DNA of 64,000 bases from Octopus bimaculoides (GCF_001194135.2 NC_068995.1:34585646-34649645), one strand, 5' to 3'. Counted from the first letter of the stretch, positions 39,300-51,490 are shown. Notes: generated from the sequence alone by a model not told the origin. Translations and numbers: made by a program.

Positions 39300-41039
39300 C
39301 CCTATTTTGATATCAAGAAAAACAAAATACGTTAGCGGTACGCTTGGGCCAGTTTGTGTTATGATGAATGATGCTAGGTATTGCTTTGAACAGCTGAAGA
39401 TGCTTCTGGTAAACTTCCATAGTTGTGAATGATCTGTTTCACGTCTACAGGTGTTTGAGGTGTCCCCAATATGCGGTGAGTATCTGGAGTGATCAACGAA
39501 ATGGAGAGTTTTTTGAAAAATTTCCTTCGCTTGTGTTTCCTCTTTGATCCATAAGGCAGGTACATTGTGAATAAGACGACAAATGCACTTAATGCAGAGC
39601 TGTCAAGCATCCCATAGAAAACCTTCATTGGCCAATGTTTTCCTTGATGTGGTATACAGGGTGCACTTTTGATTATGACAATCGATACCCCTTTTCCATT
39701 ACCCCAGTAATCTCGCATTGCCTTTTAGTGGCATGCATAGTAAAAAAGAACTCTACTCACTTGTTTTACTTTGGGTTAATTGATAGTAAAGTGAGGCCAT
39801 TGCTATGGTCAAATGCGAATTGCACTGTGCCATCATCTGACTTTGTCATGAAGTTGGGACGTATGCATTGTTTCTTCTTCATTGTGTCTACTGAAGTAAA
39901 GCTCTTCGATTTCTGTTCCATGGCGAGAGAAATGGATGTGTAATAGTTATCTGTGGTAATGTTTCTGTTTGTTCCCGAAATTGGCCTAATCAAATCCACA
40001 ACCGTTTGAATTGGTAATGGTAAGCTTGGTGTATGAGTGTCAGCTTTGCAAACATTTTGGAAGAAACCGAGTAGAATGATTGGCCATCAGCCAAAGCATA
40101 CACCCTGATCTCATATTTTCTTTTTCTGTTTGGTATATATTGTTTGAAATTGCACCTTCCTCTGAATCCAAAAATACTTATCATAACCAGATCCTGGTGC
40201 ATAGTGTTCTTCGCAAGCCGCAACAAATTCTACATTGGTGTTTCGAATAGGCGCTAACTTGTCTCTTCACTGTCTCTTCGCTGATCTCTTGTGGTGGAGT
40301 CGTCAAAACGTAAACGATACATGAGAAACAGAAAACGCTTCAGACTCATTGCTGCTCTGCATAAAAGTTTTCAAGTACCATCAGTGGCTCTGACACTTAC
40401 AGCACTCTTTCTCTGTAGCTTTTTGTAACATCCAAGAACAGCAGAATACCAAGGAATCCCGTTTCGTTTGTGTCGTATAAAAAGCGAAGGCTACTTTTGT
40501 TACTCTTTCTCAAATTTTCAATCTTCTGATTTGTTCCTCTACAATTTCTGATAGCATAAATATCAAAATATAACTCGGATGATTTCAAGGGTGCACCTGC
40601 CTCGCGTTCTTTACCCTTTGGCTCCGGTGTCCCCATGAAATATATTTCGCCCCTGTGTTCTTTCATTGTTTTTTGTTTTGTTAACCTCGAACTTCTTGAC
40701 TAATAATAGAATCTTGGTCCTCTTCAGATTCAGAATCCCTTGTCCTTGTATTATCGTCTTTCTCTTCGCTGTTGATTGTATCATTTGTCTCTTCTAAGAT
40801 CTCCATCAACTTGTATGGATCCAACTTTAGGCATTGTTCATTTTAGACATTGCCTTTCAGACATTGTTCATTGCTTCAGATGCCACAAAACCTAAAAGCA
40901 AAGAAATATATATTTATATCATAGAGAGCTCTAGGGAGTCAATTTAACCCAAGCCAGAAGAATGTAACAACAACAATAATGAAGACGAAATTGCAAGAAT
41001 GTAAACAGTTAATATTGATCCCATGGTAGCAGTTATGGG
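39300..41039 (-). mobile_element. piggyBac (PGBD4-like) transposon remnant
   Basis: Broken ORF: acidic N-terminus, MSLKRFLFLMYRLRFDD, FRGRCNFKQYIP, NITTDNYYTS, HWPMKVFYGMLD. Candidate ends TTAA|CCC (39296-39302) and GGG|TTAA (41037-41043); TIRs otherwise diverged. Confidence 0.85.
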
Positions 41040-41227
41040 TTAAATTTATTGTTTTGTGCACATTACATGTCTTGCCGCAGTACATTGACATTACGAACTT
41101 TAATTTCTACGGAAGAAGTTCGAGTTTTAGTCTAAATTGTTTCATTTACTCTACTAATTCCCCAAATAAACTCACCAATACCATATGCTCATTTCTTCGT
41201 AGTAGCACAGCCAGAAGCTAGAGTGTA

Positions 41228-41460
41228 TACTGCCTGGAACAACCATAGAGTTTGCTGCTCCGTATCGGACGTCCAAACTTATATAAGGTTATACAGCAAA
41301 CCGAAACGTGCTACTCCTATAAAACGTCCACCCAGAAAGGACCGCTTCCCACCCTCTCCTCTAGCTACGCTACTGCATCCACAATTCCTAATGGTAAATG
41401 AATTGAATACACGTTTGCGTATTTCTGGTAAAGGAACTTCAAATAATTCCCTCTGTTGCA
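41228..41460 (+). pseudogene. Degenerate tandem Kunitz-like remnants
   Basis: YCLEQP*...IGRPNL...TETCYSY (41228-41320) and FAY/SGKGTSNNS (41414-41450, 1-nt frameshift) resemble Kunitz F-x-Y-x-G-x2-GN-x-NNF. Confidence 0.35.
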
Positions 41461-42989
41461 CACAATTTTCAGAGTATAATACACATAGGTACAAACTGCG
41501 CTTTCCTCTTCTCTCATTCCCTGTCATTAAATACGACCACATATCTACAAACTGCTAATCCACACAAACATAAGTGCACATATGTGTATGTAGACGTGTA
41601 TGAACCACTTGATATAAATAATCTCTTCTCAAGATGTTTCTCTGTTTAGGAAGTTGAACATATAGTTTATGTATTTCTGCTATTGTCTGTTACGCGATGT
41701 TTGAATAATATCATAGAACAATCAAAAGTTTGGACTAATCAGAAAGCTCACCTCTTGGTATTTCTTTAGAGTCTGTTAGTACGATTATATCTGTGGATAT
41801 TTCTCTTCGTTGTTTTTTGAATGAATGGAGAGTATTTCCTCACAGAGTGAGCATCCTAAATATTGATAGGAAAGTACTGTAAATGCATTTTGGTATATGG
41901 TCTTGTATCAATAGTCATTCCTTTCTATATGTATCGACAACAATTTTACAAGACATATTTTCGTCAATACCCATGTATTTGTAGTTCATATTTTGCAGAT
42001 AAACAGAAACCAGGGACGATGATTTGGAAGAAGTTGAGAAATGGGTTTTTCATGCAGTTTTTCATGTTCTACGTTGGATGGTGAAATTTATTTTGCATAC
42101 TCTGTATTTGTATGGCACACTCTTTGAAATATTTTGATTAAATCTAGCAGTTTCTCAGCATTGTAAATATTTTCAGTGTAGATCAACATAAATGATGTCT
42201 TACAAATGTGCTTCTTGCTATTGTAGCATATAACTACGTTGTATTTCCCCAGAAAATGACTGATTTTAGTACCTAAATAAACAAACTCCCAAACAGTTTC
42301 TTTTAAATATTTATAGCATGGGAAATAGCCAACCTGCTTTCATCAAAGAATGGTTCAATGTATCTTTGAGAGTAATTCAGCAGTAACTAGGGTACTACGA
42401 ACTTTTTAAATATACAATGATTGAAGCAGCCGTTAATATCTTGTATGAAATCATAAACTAGCAACGTTTCTACGGTGAGTGCTTTCTCTTCAGATTGCAC
42501 ATCTCGACATAACAATGCTATCTCCTTTTCACCTGCTTACTCGTTAGTCACAAGCTTGCTGTATATGCAATGGTCATAGAATTATTTGAGATTACTTATG
42601 TAGAACCTGTGTAAAGACAGTTATAATGCTTACCAAGTGTTTGACCTCTCAAATTATGTTATCAAACTTGTCTTCAAGATTTGTCTGTACTATGTCATAT
42701 CATTTTGATTTCAGTTCGGTCTTGATTAAAAATTGTTTTGATAGACAGCTGCCTGATATACACAGCATCAAAATCTTCTGCTATTATATAAACATTAAGT
42801 TCCTTTTATTTAGTTAAATACTTTTTCGCTTCACATACCATAAACCTGAAACTTTAGGGAAAGTTTCGGATTTACTTATTTTATGGTGATTGGCATTTTT
42901 GCAACATATTAAATAAGTGGCAGTTTTGAAAGTTATAAAGAAAATGATGTTACTCCTCTTGTGAGTATCTATGATGTTCAAAATGAATT

Positions 42990-43130
42990 TCCTAGTCGCG
43001 TGAGTAGTATTCCATTCAGGTTTGATTAAGGGCGAGATGTCAAGTAAAATGCATTCATTTTGTATACGTAGGAGGAAACAGTCAGTTACAGAGAAACGTT
43101 GAATAAGGTTGAGGAAAATTGTAGAGGAAA
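42990..43130 (+). pseudogene. Degenerate Kunitz-like remnant
   Basis: IPFRFD*GRDVK followed by KCIHFVYVGGNS (43047-43082), matching C-x2-F-x-Y-x-G..GN. Confidence 0.4.
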
Positions 43131-43544
43131 ATGATAAACATTTTAATACACTTCTGCACATCTGTTGTTGATAGCCCTATATTTAGATGTGAATTGATAT
43201 GTGTGTACATGCATAATACATACATACGTATATGCATATACTTATATTCATATATAAGTAGATATATTTATATAAAATATATAACGTATGTATCTGTATT
43301 TATAAATGTACATAGACAAATAGGTGCACATGTATACATACAACTTCGTATCACAATCAACAACTTATACTTTAATCCAAATAAGAAAAATCACTTCTCA
43401 ACCCTTCAACTTTGCACTGCTTTACATCAGGATTTAAAGAAATTTTCGAATTTATAGTGTATGTGTTTTAGTGTGATTGGAATCGTAACACTTCATCCAA
43501 TAGATAAGATTTTTTTAAATGGCAAAGTAGAATATAGTGTTGGC

Positions 43545-43685
43545 ATTAATTGTAGTCATTCAAATTCCGCTGGAGTCGACTTTGTTTTTCATCATTTCAG
43601 GGTCGATAAAATAAGTACCAGTTGAGTACTGGGGTCGATGTAATTGACTAGCCTTCTCCCCTAAAATTTCAGGACTTGTGGGTGT
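43545..43685 (+). mobile_element. SINE family A, 5'-truncated
   Basis: TTCAAATTCCGCTGGAGTCGACTTTG...GGGTCGATAAAATAAGTACCAG. Confidence 0.8.
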
Positions 43686-43808
43686 AGTACAAAGGATTAT
43701 TAATTGCAGTCATGTTAGCGTGGGTAAATTTCCATTTAACGAGAATTAATTTATGTATGTATGTATATATGTATGTTCGCATATACATATATACATACAT
43801 ACATACAT

Positions 43809-43859
<51 letters not shown>

Positions 43860-43864
43860 AATAT

Positions 43865-43905
<41 letters not shown>

Positions 43906-44040
43906 CAAATTATAGGGGTTTATGGGGGTTTAGTTCACAGCTGATCTAAACGATTAGGTACGCTGTAATGGATTACTAGAGCTCCAAGTTTATAGCCGAG
44001 ACGGTAGTTATGCAGCCATTGCAGATTTCCGATGCAGTGG

Positions 44041-44412
44041 AAATATAATTGTTAAAGAGGACAACAAACCTCAAGGCAAGGCAATCATCTCAAGTCGTAT
44101 GCATTATTATAATTGGAAAAGATTCAAAGTCATACAGCTGTTTCTGGAAATCCCCGAGTAAGTATATTTCGTCTTCAGAGACAAATAGGGAAAAATAGGG
44201 AAAATGAGAATGGTATATAATAATGAGATGTATATACCATTCTCATTTTCCCTATTTTCCTTATTTGTCTCTGATGACGGAATATCCCATACTCGGGGAT
44301 ATCCCGGAAACAGCTGTAAGACTTTTAATTTCTTTTCCAGTAATAATATTGTATACGACTTGAGATGTTTGCCTTGTCTTAACGTTTGTTGCCGTCTTTA
44401 GCAATTATATCT
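44041..44412. repeat. 372-bp foldback palindrome: head-to-head inverted pair of an about 175-bp HHR-bearing unit
   Basis: Arms 44041-44219 and 44231-44412, 11-nt spacer, roughly 80-85% identity by eye. Confidence 0.9.
44267..44322 (+). ncRNA. Type I hammerhead ribozyme (minimal, dimer-type), intact core
   Basis: Stem I GTCT/AGAC. CTGATGA (44271-77). Stem II CGGAATATCCC/GGGATATCCCG (10 of 11 paired, 7-nt loop). GAAA (44307-10). Palindromic stem III ACAGCTGT. Cleavage triplet GTA (44316-18). Confidence 0.75.
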
Positions 44413-44451
44413 ATGTATGTATGTATGTATGTATGTATGTATGTATGTATG

Positions 44452-44488
<37 letters not shown>

Positions 44489-44504
44489 GTCTGCCTGTCT
44501 GTCT

Positions 44505-44561
<57 letters not shown>

Positions 44562-44660
44562 CATACATACATACACACATACATACATACATACATACAT
44601 ACATACATACATGCATACACACAAATGGACGTTCACACACACACACACACACACACACGA
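44410..44660. repeat. Compound tetranucleotide microsatellite (TATG)(TATC)(TGTC)(TACA)(CA)
   Basis: Direct inspection. Confidence 0.95.
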
Positions 44661-45011
44661 CGTATACGAACTTTAGGTTAGTTAAAATATTTTTCTGACA
44701 TATTTCAATTTCTAAAACCAAATTCACTGTAGTTACCGCGTAGAAAGAAGAACATCTCTTACGGCAAAATGCGCAAAAACACCATATTTCCCAGTTGTCG
44801 TCCGCTGTCAGATTCCCAGCATTTTTTGCTCTTTATGAGTTATCAAGGGGAAATACCGAAGAGGGGTTACTGCAGGCAGATTTAAAGCTGCATATTTAAA
44901 TAAAACATATTCAAAAACATTGAGTGATTTGCGCTGTTAGATCGCCAGGTAGGAAGAAGCTCAGTAGTATCAGCGCCAAACAGCATTTCACATATGCCAT
45001 GCGAACATTAG

Positions 45012-45069
45012 CCAAGCTGCGTTTAGGCATAAGCGAACTTAAAATCCCTTATGCCTAAGCACTGCTTGG
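45012..45069 (+). ncRNA. Candidate pre-miRNA-like hairpin
   Basis: 22-position stem (19 WC, 1 G-U, 2 mismatches), 14-nt loop 45034-45047, 58 nt total. Confidence 0.35.
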
Positions 45070-45807
45070 AGATGATACAGCTGAATANNNNNNNNNNNNN
45101 NNNNNNNNNNNNNNNNNNNNNNNNNNNNNNNNNNNNNNNNNNNNNNNNNNNNNNNNNNNNNNNNNNNNNNNNNNNNNNNNNNNNNNNNNNNNNNNNNNNN
45201 NNNNNNNNNNNNNNNNNNNNNNNNNNNNNNNNNNNNNNNNNNNNNNNNNNNNNNNNNNNNNNNNNNNNNNNNNNNNNNNNNNNNNNNNNNNNNNNNNNNN
45301 NNNNNNNNNNNNNNNNNNNNNNNNNNNNNNNNNNNNNNNNNNNNNNNNNNNNNNNNNNNNNNNNNNNNNNNNNNNNNNNNNNNNNNNNNNNNNNNNNNNN
45401 NNNNNNNNNNNNNNNNNNNNNNNNNNNNNNNNNNNNNNNNNNNNNNNNNNNNNNNNNNNNNNNNNNNNNNNNNNNNNNNNNNNNNNNNNNNNNNNNNNNN
45501 NNNNNNNNNNNNNNNNNNNNNNNNNNNNNNNNNNNNNNNNNNNNNNNNNNNNNNNNNNNNNNNNNNNNNNNNNNNNNNNNNNNNNNNNNNNNNNNNNNNN
45601 NNNNNNNNNNNNNNNNNNNNNNNNNNNNNNNNNNNNNNNNNNNNNNNNNNNNNNNNNNNNNNNNNNNNNNNNNNNNNNNNNNNNNNNNNNNNNNNNNNNN
45701 NNNNNNNNNNNNNNNNNNNNNNNNNNNNNNNNNNNNNNNNNNNNNNNNNNNNNNNNNNNNNNNNNNNNNNNNNNNNNNNNNNNNNNNNNNNNNNNNNNNN
45801 NNNNNNN

Positions 45808-45859
<52 letters not shown>

Positions 45860-46375
45860 TGTGTGTCTGTGTGTGTGCGTGTGTATGTATGTATGTATGT
45901 ATGTGTGTGTGTGTATGTGTGTGGTTGTTCACTTACGAGAAAACAGTGGAGTACGTACTGTTGCATAACGTAAAATTAGTTTTTAAGGCTGGTTCTTCAG
46001 TGTTATTCTATTGTTTATGTTTCGTATAGGACGGAGAACTTACGTTGCTCCCGCCGGAAGAGAAAAATCATACAGCCGCCCTACATCGCAAACATGAGTA
46101 TGTATGTGTCTGTCTATCTATCTGCTTCTCTCTCTCTCTCTCTCTCCATATATATAGATAATATACTGAACGTTTGTACGTTCGTGTCTATTTCTGGGTA
46201 TTTCTACTATTAGGACTTTATTAACCTAAATGAATTTACTCAGGATTGCACCTAAGGACTTACGGACTTATTTCTACATGATCGGAAAGTAGAACTGGGA
46301 ACTGTTATACTTTTTTCTCTCTCTCTTCATCTCCTTATTTATTTTCTCCTGTCCTCTGTGTCGTCAATTCATTAA

Positions 46376-46537
46376 TCCATACCCTTCTCATTTTACCTAT
46401 TTCTCTCCGATGACGGAATATCCCATATACTGGGATATCTTAGAAACAGCTGTAAGACTTTGATTTTTTTCCAATAATAATACCGTATATGACTTGAGAT
46501 ATTTTCTTACCTTAACGTTTCTTGTCCTCTTTAACAA

Positions 46538-46545
<8 letters not shown>
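46376..46545 (+). mobile_element. Third copy of the about 175-bp HHR-bearing unit (core mutated)
   Basis: CCGATGA-CGGAATATCCC..GGGATATCTTA-GAAACAGCTGTA-AGAC (46407-46458); flanks match 44231-44412. Confidence 0.8.
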
Positions 46546-46571
<26 letters not shown>

Positions 46572-47550
46572 NNNNNNNNNNNNNNNNNNNNNNNNNNNNN
46601 NNNNNNNNNNNNNNNNNNNNNNNNNNNNNNNNNNNNNNNNNNNNNNNNNNNNNNNNNNNNNNNNNNNNNNNNNNNNNNNNNNNNNNNNNNNNNNNNNNNN
46701 NNNNNNNNNNNNNNNNNNNNNNNNNNNNNNNNNNNNNNNNNNNNNNNNNNNNNNNNNNNNNNNNNNNNNNNNNNNNNNNNNNNNNNNNNNNNNNNNNNNN
46801 NNNNNNNNNNNNNNNNNNNNNNNNNNNNNNNNNNNNNNNNNNNNNNNNNNNNNNNNNNNNNNNNNNNNNNNNNNNNNNNNNNNNNNNNNNNNNNNNNNNN
46901 NNNNNNNNNNNNNNNNNNNNNNNNNNNNNNNNNNNNNNNNNNNNNNNNNNNNNNNNNNNNNNNNNNNNNNNNNNNNNNNNNNNNNNNNNNNNNNNNNNNN
47001 NNNNNNNNNNNNNNNNNNNNNNNNNNNNNNNNNNNNNNNNNNNNNNNNNNNNNNNNNNNNNNNNNNNNNNNNNNNNNNNNNNNNNNNNNNNNNNNNNNNN
47101 NNNNNNNNNNNNNNNNNNNNNNNNNNNNNNNNNNNNNNNNNNNNNNNNNNNNNNNNNNNNNNNNNNNNNNNNNNNNNNNNNNNNNNNNNNNNNNNNNNNN
47201 NNNNNNNNNNNNNNNNNNNNNNNNNNNNNNNNNNNNNNNNNNNNNNNNNNNNNNNNNNNNNNNNNNNNNNNNNNNNNNNNNNNNNNNNNNNNNNNNNNNN
47301 NNNNNNNNNNNNNNNNNNNNNNNNNNNNNNNNNNNNNNNNNNNNNNNNNNNNNNNNNNNNNNNNNNNNNNNNNNNNNNNNNNNNNNNNNNNNNNNNNNNN
47401 NNNNNNNNNNNNNNNNNNNNNNNNNNNNNNNNNNNNNNNNNNNNNNNNNNNNNNNNNNNNNNNNNNNNNNNNNNNNNNNNNNNNNNNNNNNNNNNNNNNN
47501 NNNNNNNNNNNNNNNNNNNNNNNNNNNNNNNNNNNNNNNNNNNNNNNNNN

Positions 47551-47576
<26 letters not shown>

Positions 47577-47581
<5 letters not shown>

Positions 47582-48553
47582 GTACATACCTACATATATA
47601 TGTATATACACATGTGTATATGGGTACAGGACGTAAAAAAAAAAAAAAAACGGAACAATCTGAAAAACGAGAACATGAAAAGCAAAAACATTGAAAACGA
47701 ACAGTTTTTCGAAAGAAACAAATTGAAAAACGAGACAGGCAGCATAAAGAACAATCCCTTCATCAGTTGTCCACTGTTTTATCTATTCCGCATTGCGAAC
47801 GTTAGGACAAGATGTGTCTTCGTGAAAATAGTCGTTCCCGCAAAGCAAATTAAATAAAATTTGGGATATGCGGTGGTTTAAAGTTGGTACAAAAACAGGA
47901 CTGTTCAAACAAACTGTAAGGGCTGTTAAGCCATAACAATGTGAAGAGGTGAAGGCTGGAGAAACAAGCTTTGGCAGGAGACAGACAAAATTGCGTGCTG
48001 GTCACGCGTGAGCAACGAAAGAGTCAAGGAGGAACAGTGAAGTAGAGTATATTTCATCCATTTCATCTATCAATTACTTCACCCTACTGGAGTTATATAG
48101 ATAGAATGAGGCATGTCGCCTCGAGACTGTAAGTCATCGTCCCATTTTCGGTCACTAGATGTCGCATGAGTTTGTATATTGTTATTATTGTCCTCTTAGT
48201 TAAGAAATAAACAGGTAAATTGACACAATACAATACCTGCAAGTTGATGAATACCACATATTCCCTTCCATTTTCTTATTGCTATATAAATTAAGGGTAA
48301 AATATCCTTTTACCCGCACCCATTTATTGCACTTGGTAATACGAAGGAAAAACACTAGTGTAACAATAATTGGGTATCCTTCCGGCAGTATATTGGATAG
48401 ATATTATCCCTTAGTGGGTTGGATACACAACCCCCAACTTTCTTGGATAGATATATATATAAATAATATATATATATATATGCATATATACATATATACA
48501 TGTACATACCTACATATATATGTATATACACATGCATATATGGGTAGAAGACG
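47577..48553 (-). mobile_element. Probable PLE terminal-repeat-derived segment bounded by about 57-bp direct repeats
   Basis: TACATACCTACATATATATGTATATACACATG...ATGGGTA(C/G)A(G/A)GACGT at 47577-47633 and 48496-48553. GGGTACAGGACGT also occurs near 10117, beside the PLE remnant. Internal CTGATGAAGGG on the minus strand. Confidence 0.35.
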
Positions 48554-49629
48554 TCATATATAATATATATATATATATATATAGGTATATAATATAATTA
48601 TGCATGCACACGCATGCTTACTCACACACATACACACGTATAGAGTATATGCATTTGAGTATGTGTAAATACATATATGAATCAGTGTATGAGTGTTTAT
48701 GTGTGTGTTGTGTGCTTCTATACGCATGTAAAGCTTTTTAATGAGTTCATGTCTGCCAAAATGTATAGAAGGGATGACTTAAGCTAATCTAGAGAGCTGA
48801 ACCGGTTTTGAAATCAGCTTGTAAGTGTCGTGCACAATTTACGTTGCTAAGATGCATATATGACGTCTAACCTTTTCATTGTCTCTATCAGCAAGAAACA
48901 CGTAATTTGTCTATACGTTGCCAGGTGCAAGTAGTTTGCCTATGCGCCGTTGCTGTTACTTAACCCATTAGAAATAGCAGTCATATCTTCCATAAGTCTT
49001 ACCTGCAATCTTTAAAATGAACATTTTGGACATTGTTATTTATAATGCTGTAGAAACAAAGAATTGGTCACAGCTGAAATATTTCGATCACAGGTCTGCC
49101 TTATCAGTGCATATCTGCTGCTAATAAACAATAACAACAATAATAACGACCACAACAAGGACAACCACGACGACAGAAGTGGCAACAAGAACAACAGCTT
49201 TCATCTAATCCAACTAAACTTTTCATCACAAATCATTAGCATTTACACGTTTAATAATTATTATGGCTGGCACGTAAATTCATACTGTTATGTCTTCATG
49301 TTTGCTTGTGCTACATTCTTGGCAATAGCATCTGTTAATTACCTTTCAAGCTGTCATTCAACTGCAGTTATATCTCAAGAGTAAACGCAAAATAAGTTTT
49401 AAATGTCAGAATATGAAGGAGATTTTGCAAATGATCGGTGTCTATCAGATCGGAGGACTACATCGTAAATAGAGCAGGACAGTTAAAGTAACATATTCTA
49501 TTTTCTGTATTTGTGCGAACAAACAGAATGGTAACCAAGAAATGCAAAGCATTTGGTTGGTTTGTGTCCTCTTTATGTATCTTCGAATCTTTTTTTTTTA
49601 AATTCAATATGAAATATATATAATGGTTT

Positions 49630-49812
49630 GGCACAAGGTTAGCAATTTCGGGGTGGTGTGTTTGTGTGGTGTGGTGGTGCAAGTCGATTACATCGATACC
49701 AAAAGGATGAAGCAAAGTGGACCTCGGTGGAATTTGAACTCAGAACGTAAAGGCGGAAGAAATGCCGTTAAACAAACTACTCGGCGTGCTAATGATTCTG
49801 CCAGCTCGTCGT
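49630..49812 (-). mobile_element. SINE family A
   Basis: Central GTCGATTACATCGA...GGATGAAGCAAAGTGGACCTCGG, head TTCTGCCAGCTCGTCG. Confidence 0.8.
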
Positions 49813-50007
49813 GTTATATGATATAAATATGAGCTACCTACTCCTACGTTCTGAGCTGAACTTAATTTACAATCAACTTAGTTTTAATAGGATCCACTTC
49901 TACTAACTAAATGGTAGTCAGACTGTAATGTACAACCATTATAATATTAACACTAACTTCATAACTAAGACATTGTACGTATTTACAATTTCACTATTAC
50001 AAAACCG

Positions 50008-50222
50008 CAACGGCGGCGAGCTGGCAGAATCGTTAGCACGCCAGACGAGATGTTTAGTAACATTTCGTCTGATTTTACGCTCTGAATTCAAATTCCTTCG
50101 AGGACGATTTTGCCTTTTATCCTTTCGGGTTCGATAAAATAAGTACCAGTGAAGTGCTGGGGCATGTAACGGACTGACCTGCTCCTCCAACATTTCAAGC
50201 TTTGTGCCTATAGTAGAAATGA
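50008..50222 (+). mobile_element. SINE family A
   Basis: GGCGGCGAGCTGGCAGAATCGTTAGCACG head. Confidence 0.85.
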
Positions 50223-50476
50223 TTATTATAGAAGCCACAAAGAACGTTTACTCTCGTCTCAACAACCTTATAGGACCAAGAGAAACCAATACTTGCTCCC
50301 CCCGTACATACACACCTTTAACATATGTCAAGACATATACATTAGTATCGGGTTCCTAGACCCATGGGACCCTGCCAAGCAACTAACTTGTTTGGTGACG
50401 CCTTAACACGAAATGAACTACTACTTGAATCGTGATGAAGTCTTATATACCATTATCTGAGTAATATTTACCCCCG

Positions 50477-50668
50477 TAAGGCGGCGAGCTGACAGAAACG
50501 TTAGCACGCCGGGCGAAATGCTTAGCGGTATTTCGTTTATCTTTGCGTTCTGAGTTCAAATTCCGCCGAGGTCGACTTTTCCTTTCATCCTTACGTACTG
50601 TGGTCGATCTAGTCGGCTGGACCCCCCCCCCAAATTTCGGGCCTTGTGCTTAGAGTAGAAAAGAATAT
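50477..50668 (+). mobile_element. SINE family A (near consensus, small internal deletion)
   Basis: TAAGGCGGCGAGCTGACAGAAACGTTAGCACGCCGGGCG...GAGTTCAAATTCCGCCGAGGTCGAC. Confidence 0.9.
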
Positions 50669-50697
50669 TTATCCCCAATTAAACATAGATGTTTTGG

Positions 50698-50935
50698 TAG
50701 AGCAAACTATACTGCTGTAGGTACCATGAGAGAAACTCTTATATTGACTGTTGGTGCAAAATACAATCTTGTTTATATTGCAAGCGGGGAGATAAACACC
50801 TGCTGCTTCTAGTGCCAAGAACACCAGATCACATGATTTATCTCTCTATTAGCGATAGGAACCAGAGTGCATTTTACAACAAAAGTCAATATGAGAGTTT
50901 CTTTCATGGTATCTGCCGCCGTATAGCTTTTTCTA
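50698..50935. mobile_element. 238-bp foldback / MITE-like element
   Basis: Outer arms 50698-50769 and 50864-50935 are about 80% reverse-complementary; weaker symmetry continues inward. Confidence 0.65.
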
Positions 50936-51423
50936 TATGGTGGGGATTTTACCCTTCGGTATGATTGCTGTCTCTGTCACTAATAAATATTCATTAGGAA
51001 AGTAACTTAAAATTGATGAAAAACAATAAAAGAAATTAGTTAATTGGTACTCTTTAAAAATTATATAAATATCTTCTTTTGAATCATTTTGCACAGATAG
51101 GAATCTCGTGAGATACCAAATAAACGTAGTATTTCACTTTGGCACACGTGTTTCTCACATGTTTGGTAAATAGTTCCTCAAAAAAAAAAGAACTAACATC
51201 TACGTTATTGGTTACTGTATTTCAAATATAAATACATTTCAAATACGATATAAAGCAAATATTTCTTTCACTTATGTTGACTCTTACATTTTTTTCGGCG
51301 TATAGGCATAAATTTCGAGAGGCCGTTATAAAAAGTTGTGCCAAAATTTCTGAAAATAGTACCCGCTAATCTCTGCAATCACACCTCGGTATTTTTATTA
51401 TCCTGTACTAAACTACATGTATG

Positions 51424-51454
<31 letters not shown>

Positions 51455-51490
51455 ATATATATATATATTTCCATTCTCCGAACTTTCCAT

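Noticed and set aside
45039-47857. Long 300-440 aa ORFs in the track
   Set aside because: They span N gaps and microsatellites
50477-50570. tRNA genes at SINE heads
   Set aside because: A and B boxes are present but there is no cloverleaf, and each continues into a SINE body
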